Assembly (NCBI GenBank): GCA_001817065.1
Contig: MHHQ01000025.1
Coordinates: 55,528 to 119,527 of the forward strand
DNA length: 64,000 nt
Source: Candidatus Andersenbacteria bacterium RIFCSPHIGHO2_02_FULL_46_16
GTDB lineage: Bacteria; Patescibacteriota; Andersenbacteria; UBA10190
Direction: 5' to 3'
Part shown: positions 48,880-58,542 of the stretch, in pieces
How positions within the stretch are numbered: position 1 is the stretch's first letter
Layout: each line of letters starts with the position of its first letter
The notes under the pieces: generated by a model
Databases searched by the model: none
Told to the model about the DNA's origin: nothing
Seen by the model: only the letters and a program-made list of their open reading frames with translations
Program-made: the position numbers and the translations under genes

Positions 48880-49839
48880 CTATTTTATTTTTACCACTGG
48901 CGCCTCTTCTTGCCTTCTGATTATTTTTTCCACTATAAACTCTTCCACCTTCCTCATTTCCTCCCCTGTTGCCCCCCCTATATGCGGCGTAATAATGACA
49001 TTGCGATGTTTCTTGGCATATTTCACTATTGGACATTTGCTTATCTCGCCATTCATCTCGTCGGTTATCACATCCAGCCCGGCACCGCCAATCCGGCCAG
49101 CCTCTAGCGCCTTGATTAAATCCTGCTCTCGAACGACCGCGCCCCGGCTGGTATTAACCATCAGCTGGCCCATCTTAGCTTGCCTAAAATATTCCGCTCC
49201 TATCAATCCGGCCGTCTCGCCATTCAGTGGTACATGTATCGATACAATATCTGCCGTCTTTGCCAGCTCTGCCAAGGTTTCCGCTTTTGTATATTTAGTC
49301 CTTTTAACATAGGGATCATAGTATACAATCTGGCACCCGAAGTTTTTAGTTAACTTAGCGGTCATTTTACCCAACCGTCCCATACCGATAATTCCCACGG
49401 TTTTTCCTCGCATTGATCTTCCTATCCATCGATCCCTCTCCCATTTTCCTGCCAACACCGCTTGGCTCGCCGGCAGAATATGACGCATTAAATTAAGCAT
49501 TAAGCTTATCGACAATTCTGCTGTTGGCGTAATTGTTTTCAAGAACATTGACTCTCCCTGCAGCGAAATAATTTTAATTCTCCTCTCCTTTGCCGCTAAC
49601 AAGTCTATGTGGTCAATGCCAGTCGTGGGCGTCGCAATAAACTTAAGTCGGGGAGCGCTGTTTATAAGCAACTTGTCCACCTTTATTCCTAATCGAACAA
49701 TAATCCCTTCAAAATCATGAATATTATTTTTTAATTCTTCATAATCATACTGCCTAGCAACAACCTCGCACCCCGCGCGCTCTAGGTTTTCTATTGCCGT
49801 TTGGCTAAAATCCCTAGCTTCAGTAATTAATATTTTCAT
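48880..49839 (-). CDS. D-isomer-specific 2-hydroxyacid dehydrogenase family (NAD-binding)
   Basis: GKTVGIIGMGRLGKMTAKLTKNFGCQIVYYDP is the GxGxxG Rossmann motif. LDVITDE...PHIGGAT is the catalytic region. Confidence 0.75.
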   Translation of the reverse strand: MKILITEARDFSQTAIENLERAGCEVVARQYDYEELKNNIHDFEGIIVRLGIKVDKLLINSAPRLKFIATPTTGIDHIDLLAAKERRIKIISLQGESMFLKTITPTAELSISLMLNLMRHILPASQAVLAGKWERDRWIGRSMRGKTVGIIGMGRLGKMTAKLTKNFGCQIVYYDPYVKRTKYTKAETLAELAKTADIVSIHVPLNGETAGLIGAEYFRQAKMGQLMVNTSRGAVVREQDLIKALEAGRIGGAGLDVITDEMNGEISKCPIVKYAKKHRNVIITPHIGGATGEEMRKVEEFIVEKIIRRQEEAPVVKIK

Positions 49840-50606
49840 AAGTATCTTCGTCCTAGTTTCTGATTACTAAACACCAAGTTTTGTCGTTGGGTTTTATGTA
49901 AGTAGTATTCCGCCCGCTCTAAGTCATCTATCGAGTCGATATTCACCGAGCGATCAAGCGGCATGATGTAGGGTCGGCAGTCCTTCGACACAAACTTTTT
50001 CTCTTTTAGTAAATATTCCGTCTTCACTAAATATATTGCCCCGTTCCGCCATAAAGTTGCGGGAAATTCCTGGCGCGGTTTTCCCGCCTGCGTCGGCACT
50101 ACCTGCTGCAGTTTGTCTCCATCAGCTAAATAATACATATACCACGGATGATAGCTTTCCACCCGCGCAAAACTACAAACGCTATTTACCCGGTATTTAA
50201 TGGCCAAATTTAAAGCTGCGTCGATATCGGCACTTATACGCAGCGGCGTTGTTGGCTGCAACAACAAGATATAATCGTATGTTTTTTCCGCCTTCTTCAA
50301 TATATCCTCTATCACCGCACGTATGTTAGTGTCATCCCGCGCCAATTCTTTCGGCCTTAAGTATGGTACGTTCCCTCCATATTCTAAAGCTACATTCCTT
50401 ATCTTCTCATCGTCCGTTGACACAATATAATCAAATTTGTGTCGCGCGTGTTGTATTGCTTCCAGTGTATAAGCCAATAAGGGCTTGCCGTTCAGCGGTG
50501 TTACATTCTTATGTTTTATCCCTTTCGATCCTTCCCTCGCCGGCACAATACCCAGTACCGATATCTCAGCCTCCTGCTTTGTATTTCTATTCACTTTATT
50601 AGTCAT
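49836..50606 (-). CDS. neuA: CMP-nonulosonic acid synthetase (acylneuraminate cytidylyltransferase family, NeuA/LegF/PseF-like)
   Basis: LGIVPAREGSKGIKHKNVTPLNGKPLL matches the ARxGSKGIPxKN signature of CTP_transf_3. Confidence 0.7.
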   Translation of the reverse strand: MTNKVNRNTKQEAEISVLGIVPAREGSKGIKHKNVTPLNGKPLLAYTLEAIQHARHKFDYIVSTDDEKIRNVALEYGGNVPYLRPKELARDDTNIRAVIEDILKKAEKTYDYILLLQPTTPLRISADIDAALNLAIKYRVNSVCSFARVESYHPWYMYYLADGDKLQQVVPTQAGKPRQEFPATLWRNGAIYLVKTEYLLKEKKFVSKDCRPYIMPLDRSVNIDSIDDLERAEYYLHKTQRQNLVFSNQKLGRRYL

Positions 50607-50607
50607 A

Positions 50608-51756
50608 TCAACCCACGCTATTTACTTGCTCTCTTTGTTCAGACTGAACTTTGGTCCTCATCTGTTTCACATCTTTTTCAGTAAATACTTCCCCCGCTTT
50701 AAAATCCCGCCAGACAACTTTATTAACTATGGTCTCATAATGCTCCGACCCAACTCCTTTTAGATAAACCTGTGGCCGCATAGCAAACACAGCCTCGGGC
50801 TGAATTATTTCACCCTTTTTAATATCTTGTGCACAAACCAAACTTTTTCTGAATAGTCCCCTAAACTTTGATCGGCTATCTACCAACTTAATTGTTTCTG
50901 CCCCCAAGATAATTTTATCATCAGTAATATCATCCACCCCCGTATGTACTCTTTTTACCATTTCAGCGTATTCGTCCGGCAACATAGACACTTTATGGTC
51001 TGATCCCCACAAGTCTCGGTCTAAGGAAAAATGTTTTTCAATTATAGTCGCCCCAATCTTCACCGCCTGCAATACCCCCACGAAGCCCCGTGAATGGTCA
51101 GAAAAACCCACCGGCTGCTTGTATCTGGTTCGTAAGAATTCAACCGTTCTAACATTTAACTCCTCGCTCGGGCAGGGGTATTTCGACACACAATGCAAGA
51201 TAGCCAATCGTTTGTTTCTGGCGCTAATAAATTTAACCGCCCGATCTACTTCCAATGTGCTGCTCATGCCAGTCGAAACAATAATTGGTTGCGGCAACTG
51301 CCGCAGGTAATCTAGCAACACAAAATCCAAAATATCGCCTGAACCAACCTTCCATAACTTTACACCTACCTTATTGAGCACCTGCGCTGCTCCTCGGCTC
51401 ATCGGCGTGGAAAAAAAGGTTATTCTGACTTCCTCACAATACCTCTTCAGCTCTTTCCACCAACTTACATCTGTGATTTGGCTGTTTCTTTTCACCCAAG
51501 CATATCGATCTGCCCCATTAAAATGAGGTGACACCACCTTAACTGGCCACTGCTCATCTTGATAATGGTGGGTTTGGAACTTAACCGCATCCGCTCCCGC
51601 CTCTTTGGCTTTATCGACTAACCTTTTTGCGTTCTGTAAGTATTGCCCTCTGCTTTGCTCCTTCTTTGTTTGAATGAAATTCTTCCCAACCTCGGCAATA
51701 AAAAATACCTTTCCCTCGCTTATCCTCTGCCAAATATCTTGTGTGCTCTCATGCAT
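50608..51756 (-). CDS. neuB: N-acylneuraminate (nonulosonate) synthase, NeuB/LegI/PseI-like, with a C-terminal SAF-like domain
   Basis: VFFIAEVGKNF...GADAVKFQTHH matches NeuB (iaEiG.NHnG....Ga.aaKFQ). A C-terminal extension of about 60 aa follows. Confidence 0.7.
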   Translation of the reverse strand: MHESTQDIWQRISEGKVFFIAEVGKNFIQTKKEQSRGQYLQNAKRLVDKAKEAGADAVKFQTHHYQDEQWPVKVVSPHFNGADRYAWVKRNSQITDVSWWKELKRYCEEVRITFFSTPMSRGAAQVLNKVGVKLWKVGSGDILDFVLLDYLRQLPQPIIVSTGMSSTLEVDRAVKFISARNKRLAILHCVSKYPCPSEELNVRTVEFLRTRYKQPVGFSDHSRGFVGVLQAVKIGATIIEKHFSLDRDLWGSDHKVSMLPDEYAEMVKRVHTGVDDITDDKIILGAETIKLVDSRSKFRGLFRKSLVCAQDIKKGEIIQPEAVFAMRPQVYLKGVGSEHYETIVNKVVWRDFKAGEVFTEKDVKQMRTKVQSEQREQVNSVG

Positions 51757-51786
51757 TCCCTTAAAACTACTACATCCTTACTCACG

Positions 51787-52998
51787 CTAATAGGTAATTG
51801 TCTTCTGCTTCTCAATCTTCACCAATTTCAGCACGGCCATGATCTTTTTAGCTGTCTTCCCATCGCCATACAACTTCGATGATTTATATCTGCCATGTTT
51901 TACTTGCTTAATGATTGCCTGTCTGATTTTCGTCGCTTCAAATGGTATGTTCATTACATTCTTGCCCATCAATCGGCCGTGTTGCCTCGTTCCGATATTG
52001 ATTGTCGGTACCCCCAACCAGCCGCACTCCTTTATGCCAGTTGATGAATTACCCACCACTGCTTGGGCTAAGTTCAAAACGTTGGCAAAATCTGCCGGTT
52101 TCAGATACCTGATAAAACGTATTTTATGCCTACCCTCATGTTCAATCTGCCATTCCCTGATTCGTTTTGCTATTGCGTCAGACCCCGCCCCCAAATTTGG
52201 CCATACCCAAACAGCCTGTATGTCACAGCTTAAAATTGCGCTAAGCAGGTGTTCCGCTTGCTCACGAGCATACTGGGCTTCCGTCGTAACTGGATTCAGC
52301 ATTACCACTAAATAAGGTTGGCCTAGGTTTAGCTGCGCTCCCACTCCATGGTTATTTACTATACTATTTGGCAACCGCTTATGAAACTTAAGGCGGTTCA
52401 AGAAATCGACATCTAAACTCCCTGCATTCCATATCCGGTCTCGTCGCTCTCCGAGCTTAATTAACCTTTGCTTGGCCTCATTATTAGTTACAAAATGTCC
52501 GTGCGCTAGTTTCGTCACGGCATGACGCACGCTTTCATCAATCGACCCGCTGACATCCCCGCCTTCTAAATGGATCAGGACTTTGTTTAAATATGCCGCT
52601 GCCGCTGCAATCGGTAAAATCTCAAAACGATCGCCTCGTACCACTACAATATCAGACTGCATGTTTTCCATCGCCGTAGCGAATTCCAGCATGCCGATCG
52701 CCGCTGTCTTGGCCATCCCCAAATGCTCGCCTCCCTCTATGGCCGTCGGAATTTGCATGTCCGGGACAAATCCGTTTAAACGCAGTTCTTCAATCACGTT
52801 GCCATAGCGGTACGTCAATGCGCCGCCTCCGACTATAATCTGCAGGTTGAACATCGGCGTCCTCTTAATCTCTTTTAATAATGTCATAAGTCGACTAAGA
52901 TGAGCCTTGTCAGTTATCACGACACAAATGTTTCTCTTGTTCATCAATTTACTATGGCGACAAATCCCAAACGCTTCAACTTGATATTTTGCGCCCAA
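51787..52998 (-). CDS. neuC: UDP-N-acetylglucosamine 2-epimerase (hydrolysing), NeuC/LegG-type
   Basis: VVRGDRFEILPIAAAAAYLNKVLIHLEGGDVSG...VTKLAHGHFVTNNEAKQRLIKLGE aligns with E. coli K1 NeuC (LGDRYEIFSVAIAAS...IHIHGGE...ITKMSKLHLTSTEEYKKRVIQLGE). The probable true start is the internal MNKRNICVV at 52944. Confidence 0.7.
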   Translation of the reverse strand: MGAKYQVEAFGICRHSKLMNKRNICVVITDKAHLSRLMTLLKEIKRTPMFNLQIIVGGGALTYRYGNVIEELRLNGFVPDMQIPTAIEGGEHLGMAKTAAIGMLEFATAMENMQSDIVVVRGDRFEILPIAAAAAYLNKVLIHLEGGDVSGSIDESVRHAVTKLAHGHFVTNNEAKQRLIKLGERRDRIWNAGSLDVDFLNRLKFHKRLPNSIVNNHGVGAQLNLGQPYLVVMLNPVTTEAQYAREQAEHLLSAILSCDIQAVWVWPNLGAGSDAIAKRIREWQIEHEGRHKIRFIRYLKPADFANVLNLAQAVVGNSSTGIKECGWLGVPTINIGTRQHGRLMGKNVMNIPFEATKIRQAIIKQVKHGRYKSSKLYGDGKTAKKIMAVLKLVKIEKQKTITY

Positions 52999-54495
52999 GG
53001 CTCAGCACTGCGGATATTCGATCACTTGCTGCCGCCTCTTAACCAAATAATCCCTCTCGGACAAATTGGCATCTATGTCGCTGATCAGGTCTTTTATGAC
53101 CGTCAATTAGCTGGTCCTCACAACTTTTCGGATTTCCCTGTGTCCTGGTTAAAGGAATGGGAAATTAACCAGCAAGCCAATCAAATCAAAATTGATCGCG
53201 TCAAACTTCAAACTTACGACGAACTTTATGGACAGCCTAATCTGTGGCCTGCCCTGATCGCCGACCGCCGTATCTTCTTAGGCCCCCTCACTAAATATAA
53301 ACAAGACTATTCTCCACGCCTGTCCTATCCGCGAATGCTACAGCGCTTGCAGGCATCTATCGAGCGTATCGAGCAGTTTATCAATCAAGTTAAACCCCAT
53401 GCGATTATTGGTTTTAATATGGTTACGCTGGATGAATTTATTTTTTACCTTATTGCCCGACAAAAAGGTATCCCTTATTGGCAAATGAAAAATGCCAAGA
53501 TTAATAACCTTATTACTCTTTTCCCTGATCCTTTGCGCATAGCCAGCTACTTAGATCGCCCCCGTCAACCAACCATCTCGGCCTCTTCATTGAACCAAGC
53601 CCGTCAATATTTGCAGCGCGCCCAAGCTAGAAACAGCACTTATGAAGGCCATATTATTCTAAAACCTCCCTCACTTACCTCACTTTTTTCTCCAACCATA
53701 GCCTCCAAACTCATCAAATCAACAATTTTTTCTTTGCTCAAGTCTGCTCATTATCCCGCGGACCACCAATCAGCCGGTCTATCCGCCGTCTGGCAATTTA
53801 ATGTGGTTAAACCGATTAATGCTATAAAACACCACCGCTACCTATCTCTTCATTACATGTCGCCGCACCACTTGCCCACGACTTCTTATGTGTTCTTCCC
53901 ACTGCATACCGAACCAGAAATTGCTTTATCTATTTACGGCCGCTATCATCAAAATCAAATTGAAGTAATCCGTAATATTGCTCAAAGTCTGCCTGTTACT
54001 TGGTCGCTCGTAGTCAAAGACCACCCACGCTCCTTAGGATTTCGTACCCTGCAGTACTACAAGAAACTGCTGCAGATACCTAATGTCAGACTGGTCAATC
54101 CATACTTATCATCCTGGGATGTGATTGAATCAGCTCAAGCAATTGTTACTATTTCCAGCTGGGTTGGCTTTGAAGCCATTATCGCTAAAAAACCGGTTGT
54201 CACCCTGGGCGAATGCACCTATAATTGTTTGCCAACTTCCATGGTTGTTAAGAACACGTCCTATTCTCAACTGTCTGCTGATATTAGTCGTGCCATTAAC
54301 CAGTATCACTACCGTGAGACTGATCTTCTTAATCACATTGCGACTGTCATCAGTCTCTCCTTCCCGATAAATATGTACAGCGACGTTCTGGCTAAGCCTA
54401 ACCGTCACTTTGACTCATCCGCCAAACAATCCGAGCAGGAACTCTGGTTCTCTTTTGCCCGCTACATCGTCTCCACTATCCATTCTCCACAATGA
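52900..54495 (+). CDS. Capsule_synth-family protein (KpsS/KpsC-like glycosyltransferase)
   Basis: LVVKDHPRS and AQAIVTISSWVGFEAIIAKKPVVTLGECTYN resemble the KpsC/KpsS (PF05159) HP and stGleAl..gkPVv.lG boxes. An alternative start is MATNPKRF at 52954. Confidence 0.5.
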   Translation: MSLVSYHDTNVSLVHQFTMATNPKRFNLIFCAQGSALRIFDHLLPPLNQIIPLGQIGIYVADQVFYDRQLAGPHNFSDFPVSWLKEWEINQQANQIKIDRVKLQTYDELYGQPNLWPALIADRRIFLGPLTKYKQDYSPRLSYPRMLQRLQASIERIEQFINQVKPHAIIGFNMVTLDEFIFYLIARQKGIPYWQMKNAKINNLITLFPDPLRIASYLDRPRQPTISASSLNQARQYLQRAQARNSTYEGHIILKPPSLTSLFSPTIASKLIKSTIFSLLKSAHYPADHQSAGLSAVWQFNVVKPINAIKHHRYLSLHYMSPHHLPTTSYVFFPLHTEPEIALSIYGRYHQNQIEVIRNIAQSLPVTWSLVVKDHPRSLGFRTLQYYKKLLQIPNVRLVNPYLSSWDVIESAQAIVTISSWVGFEAIIAKKPVVTLGECTYNCLPTSMVVKNTSYSQLSADISRAINQYHYRETDLLNHIATVISLSFPINMYSDVLAKPNRHFDSSAKQSEQELWFSFARYIVSTIHSPQ

Positions 54496-55532
54496 TAATA
54501 TTTTTGCCTGCAAATATTCGACCCACCGGCGGGTCTTCCAACTTTGCCCTGAAACTGCAGCGTGGACTGCGGCCCAAAAAACATCTGGTTGTTTTTAAAT
54601 TTACTCCCCGCTTCGATCTTCTCTTAGTCAATGCCACCTGCCCTATTCGCTACTTGCTCTTTGCCAAACTGACCCGCCGGCCGATCGTTCATCGTCTTGA
54701 TGGCGTTTATTATCCCATGTCTGTTGCCCGCTGGAAATATATTTTTTATAACCTGCCAATGCAAATTATTCTGCACTTCTTTGCTAATGCAGTTATCTAT
54801 CAAAGCCAATACTCCAAAGACTGCTGCGATAAATTTTTAGGCACCAATCATTATATTCCGAATCACCTGGTCTATAACGGAGTAGACACCCAGTTATTTT
54901 CCCACCATGGCTCCACCCGACAACTTCGCGATGTGCCTGAGCAGCCTATCTTCATAACAGCCTCCCGCTTCCGTCGGTCTGATCAGATTTTGCCTCTCAT
55001 CGACGCCTTCCGCTTATATCAAAAAAACTATCAGGCCAGAGCTAAGCTCATTATTGTGGGCGATTTTTCTCATGCAGTGACCAATTTTCCGCAGCAATAT
55101 ACTAACGACTCCCTAATAAGTTTCCTAGGACCTATTCCTAACGGCCAACTCCCCGAATATTATCGCGGTGCTGATGTGTTTTTGTTTACCCACCTTAATC
55201 CGCCTTGTCCAAATAATATCATTGAGGCGATGGCGTGCGGCTTGCCAATTTGCGGTATCGCTGACGGAGCCATGGCTGAAATAACAACACCAGACCTGAA
55301 TAGTGCACTGATACCAGCACCCGGCAGCGGTTTTAACCAATCCCGCCGTCTTGATCTTCACGCATTCGCTGCTAACCTTAATAAAATCATGCTCCATCGT
55401 AAAGAATATGCCAGCCATAGCCGTCGGATCGCCTCCCAACAATTTACGCTGCAACAGATGATCCGCCGCTATTTATCCGCCATAACGCCATTGGTTGAGC
55501 ATTCATCATCGTATCAAATTAATTTTTCTTAA
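54492..55532 (+). CDS. GT4-like (GT-B) glycosyltransferase
   Basis: ADVFLFTHLNPPCPNNIIEAMACGLPICGIADGAMAEI is the GT4 E-x7-E-like box. Confidence 0.65.
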   Translation: MIIFLPANIRPTGGSSNFALKLQRGLRPKKHLVVFKFTPRFDLLLVNATCPIRYLLFAKLTRRPIVHRLDGVYYPMSVARWKYIFYNLPMQIILHFFANAVIYQSQYSKDCCDKFLGTNHYIPNHLVYNGVDTQLFSHHGSTRQLRDVPEQPIFITASRFRRSDQILPLIDAFRLYQKNYQARAKLIIVGDFSHAVTNFPQQYTNDSLISFLGPIPNGQLPEYYRGADVFLFTHLNPPCPNNIIEAMACGLPICGIADGAMAEITTPDLNSALIPAPGSGFNQSRRLDLHAFAANLNKIMLHRKEYASHSRRIASQQFTLQQMIRRYLSAITPLVEHSSSYQINFS

Positions 55533-55540
55533 ACTGCTTC

Positions 55541-56281
55541 ATGTCCAATATTTTCTCCAATAATTACCTTGCCAATCGTCCAATTGAACTAGCTATGCAA
55601 AAGTTTGCGCGGCTTTTTTCCTCGTCTCAACAAGTTTTAGATATTGGGTGCGGTTATATGCCTTATAAAAAGTTCTTTTCCTGCCATTATATCGGTGCCG
55701 ACCCTCTGCCGGCCGTCCAGCCAGATATTGTTTGTGACGCTTGGCAGGTTCCCTACCCAGACCATTCCTTTGACGGAATTATCCTTAATCAATCCCTTGA
55801 GCATATCCTGCGACCAAATGCTACTGCCAAAGAAATCTATCGGGTGCTCAAACCAGGTGGTCGCTTGATCGTTACCACTCCCCAAACCATGAAGAATCAT
55901 AGTGTTGCTATCCCTTCAGCAGAGGCTCCTTTCAAAAATTTTAATCTGCTCAATCAGCCTTACTGGCAAAATGACTTCTTCCGCTTTACCAAATATGGCC
56001 TGATCGCTCTTTTCCATCAGTTTTCCATAACCGATATTTATGAAACAACTGGCTATTTTGCCTCCATTTTTCAACTAATCAACTATTTTTTTGCATCGTT
56101 GACTGATCAGCCTCATTTACTTTCCCCCCTCTATTTTTTGAACAATCTTGCTGGAAAAACTTGCGACCAAGCAGCCCATACTTACATCAATCTGAAATTG
56201 CCGCATGCTCGCAAATTCAATTACTTTATTTTCTCTTCTCTAACTATTAACTTAATTATGCTAGCCAAAAAACCCCATTAA
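55541..56281 (+). CDS. Class I SAM-dependent methyltransferase
   Basis: VLDIGCGYMPY is motif I. VLKPGGRLIVTTP is the post-II motif. Confidence 0.7.
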   Translation: MSNIFSNNYLANRPIELAMQKFARLFSSSQQVLDIGCGYMPYKKFFSCHYIGADPLPAVQPDIVCDAWQVPYPDHSFDGIILNQSLEHILRPNATAKEIYRVLKPGGRLIVTTPQTMKNHSVAIPSAEAPFKNFNLLNQPYWQNDFFRFTKYGLIALFHQFSITDIYETTGYFASIFQLINYFFASLTDQPHLLSPLYFLNNLAGKTCDQAAHTYINLKLPHARKFNYFIFSSLTINLIMLAKKPH

Positions 56282-56284
56282 GTT

Positions 56285-57049
56285 ATGCCGTCAACCTCTC
56301 GCTCAATCGTTTATCGTTTGCTCTGTCGCGTCAGACAATCTGTTCTTCACCGCCCTATCCTAAGCCTTCTCAGTCAGTTACATAATTCGTCCTATCATTG
56401 GTTTTCTTTCTTTGCCGCAGGGGATGGACCTCATCCCAAACACGCTATAACTAATTATCATCAGTTTTTTATTGATAACATCAAAACTAGTGACCAAGTC
56501 ATTGATCTTGGTTGTGGCCTGGGGGAACTGGCTTACGATTTAGCTAAAAAAGCCCGCTCTGTCATAGGCCTAGACTCAAGTGTCCGGTCTATTACTAAAG
56601 CCCAGCAGTCATATCGTCTCCCTAACCTAGTGTTCTCTATCGGGAACATAACTACGCCGCCTACCCAACAGCATTATGACGTGGCAGTGTTGTCCAATGT
56701 CTTAGAACATATCGAGCAGCGCATTGCGTTGCTCAAAGTTATCCAAACTTACACCAATACAATTCTGATCCGCGTGCCTCTGCTTACTCGTGATTGGATC
56801 ACTGTCTATAAACAACAACATGGGTTTGAGTATCGCTTAGACGATACCCATTTCATCGAATACTCGGTTGATTCTTTTCGTTCCGAGATCTCCACTGCCG
56901 GACTTTCCATTTCCTCCTGGCATATCGCCTTTGGTGAACTCTATGCTATCTGTCACCCCGCTTTGGTATCCACACCCTCCTATCCATCCAATTATCCGAC
57001 TATTTCATCAACTCCATCATCTAACGCACCATCCCTAATACCAAACTGA
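56285..57049 (+). CDS. Class I SAM-dependent methyltransferase
   Basis: VIDLGCGLGELAYDLAKKARSVIGLDSS is motif I. SNVLEHIEQR is the motif III region. Confidence 0.7.
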   Translation: MPSTSRSIVYRLLCRVRQSVLHRPILSLLSQLHNSSYHWFSFFAAGDGPHPKHAITNYHQFFIDNIKTSDQVIDLGCGLGELAYDLAKKARSVIGLDSSVRSITKAQQSYRLPNLVFSIGNITTPPTQQHYDVAVLSNVLEHIEQRIALLKVIQTYTNTILIRVPLLTRDWITVYKQQHGFEYRLDDTHFIEYSVDSFRSEISTAGLSISSWHIAFGELYAICHPALVSTPSYPSNYPTISSTPSSNAPSLIPN

Positions 57050-57053
57050 TTAT

Positions 57054-57398
57054 ATGACCATGCGCCTTAATGCCAAAATATTTATTGAGGGGCACACCGG
57101 GCTCGTTGGCTCAGCTCTCGTCCGTGCTCTTGATAAACGGAGCTATCGTAATCTTATTTTTCTTATGCAGAATTACGACAACGATGAAATTATTAACGTT
57201 GGCACTGGAGAGGATATTAGTATTGCTGATCTAGCCCACCTAATTGCCGATGTAGTTGGTTTTTCTGGTGACTTAATTATTGACTCTACTAAACCAGACG
57301 GCATGCCGCGCCGACTGCTTAATGTCTCGCGGCTACACGAGCTCGCATTTTTTCACCGCACCATCTTAGTCGAAGGTATCAAATCCACCTATGATTGA
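57054..57398 (+). pseudogene. fcl remnant: GDP-fucose synthase paralog with an in-frame internal deletion of about 190-200 codons
   Basis: The 114-aa ORF joins an Fcl N-terminus (KIFIEGHTGLVGSALVRALDKRSYRNLIF, compare [29 protein letters not shown] of the intact fcl at 41748..42704) directly to an Fcl C-terminus ([44 protein letters not shown], compare [45 protein letters not shown]). The catalytic core is missing. Confidence 0.8.
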
Positions 57399-57447
57399 TA
57401 TTTCACCTAAACCCCTTCATTCTCAATAAACAACCAAGTAACCTTTT

Positions 57448-58488
57448 ATGCCCAAACAGCGTCAGCTTAAAATAGTCATTAATACGCATTACGATTCATC
57501 CGGAACAAAAGTCTGCGTTGATGATCTTTCTCCTCTCCTTAAAAAAGCCGGGCACCACCTTGTTTATAACGACTGGGATCACTACAGCAATTACCAACTG
57601 GCCATTTTTATGTCGCCGGACGCGGCCATCACAAAGGCTAAGTCACAAAACTTCGCCATCAAAATATGCATCATGAATCCAATGACTGACTATCCCGCCT
57701 TGCAACGAAACGCCCGCGCCGCCGATGCACTGATTGTTGGATCACTGGAGCAGCGGGACGAGCAACTAAAATACAACCATAATATTTTCATCTACTACAT
57801 GTTTCCCGACATCAAGCCATTGCTCAAGCGTCATACCCCCAAAGAGCCCATTATTATTGGCTATCACGGCAATAAAGAACATCTCATCAATTTCTCTCCC
57901 CATGTCAACTTTGCCTTAGACAAACTGGCAAAACATTATCCCGTAGAACTTTGGTTAATGTACAACATAAGCAAATTAGGTCAGGTCACTAAGCGTTTGC
58001 CTCATCTCATAAAAATTCGTCATATCCAGTGGTCACCAGATAATTACCATCGGTTCTTATCACAAAGCGATATCGGTTTAGTAAACAACATTATTCCTAC
58101 TCCTCGCAACTATCTCCATCTATTCAATCAGCCCCTGACACGCTATTTCCACCTAAATTTACGTCCCTACCGTGCCCATGATACCCAAATTAGATTTAAA
58201 TACGGCACTAATCCCGGCCGCGTCTATGTCTTCAGTCAACTTGGTATTCCAGTTATATCCGACTTTGCCCCCTCCATGAGTCAGGTTATCCGCGACAATC
58301 ATAGCGGTTTAATCGTGAATTCCCCGGCTGGCTGGTATGACGCACTAGTCAAACTAACCACTAGCCATCAACTACGACAAATTTATAGTGATAATCTTCG
58401 TCAGAACATCAATGAGAATTTTTCTATCAACCATAATTTCCGGCAGCTCAATGACTTTCTTCTTGATCTTTGCCTCAATATTAAGTAA
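57448..58488 (+). CDS. Hypothetical protein, possibly GT-B-like
   Basis: 346-aa soluble ORF in the operon. No definitive motif. Confidence 0.35.
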   Translation: MPKQRQLKIVINTHYDSSGTKVCVDDLSPLLKKAGHHLVYNDWDHYSNYQLAIFMSPDAAITKAKSQNFAIKICIMNPMTDYPALQRNARAADALIVGSLEQRDEQLKYNHNIFIYYMFPDIKPLLKRHTPKEPIIIGYHGNKEHLINFSPHVNFALDKLAKHYPVELWLMYNISKLGQVTKRLPHLIKIRHIQWSPDNYHRFLSQSDIGLVNNIIPTPRNYLHLFNQPLTRYFHLNLRPYRAHDTQIRFKYGTNPGRVYVFSQLGIPVISDFAPSMSQVIRDNHSGLIVNSPAGWYDALVKLTTSHQLRQIYSDNLRQNINENFSINHNFRQLNDFLLDLCLNIK

Positions 58489-58542
58489 TCAAGACCAGTT
58501 TACAGACGTGCACGACGCTCAGGTACGGAGTAAAATAAAGCG

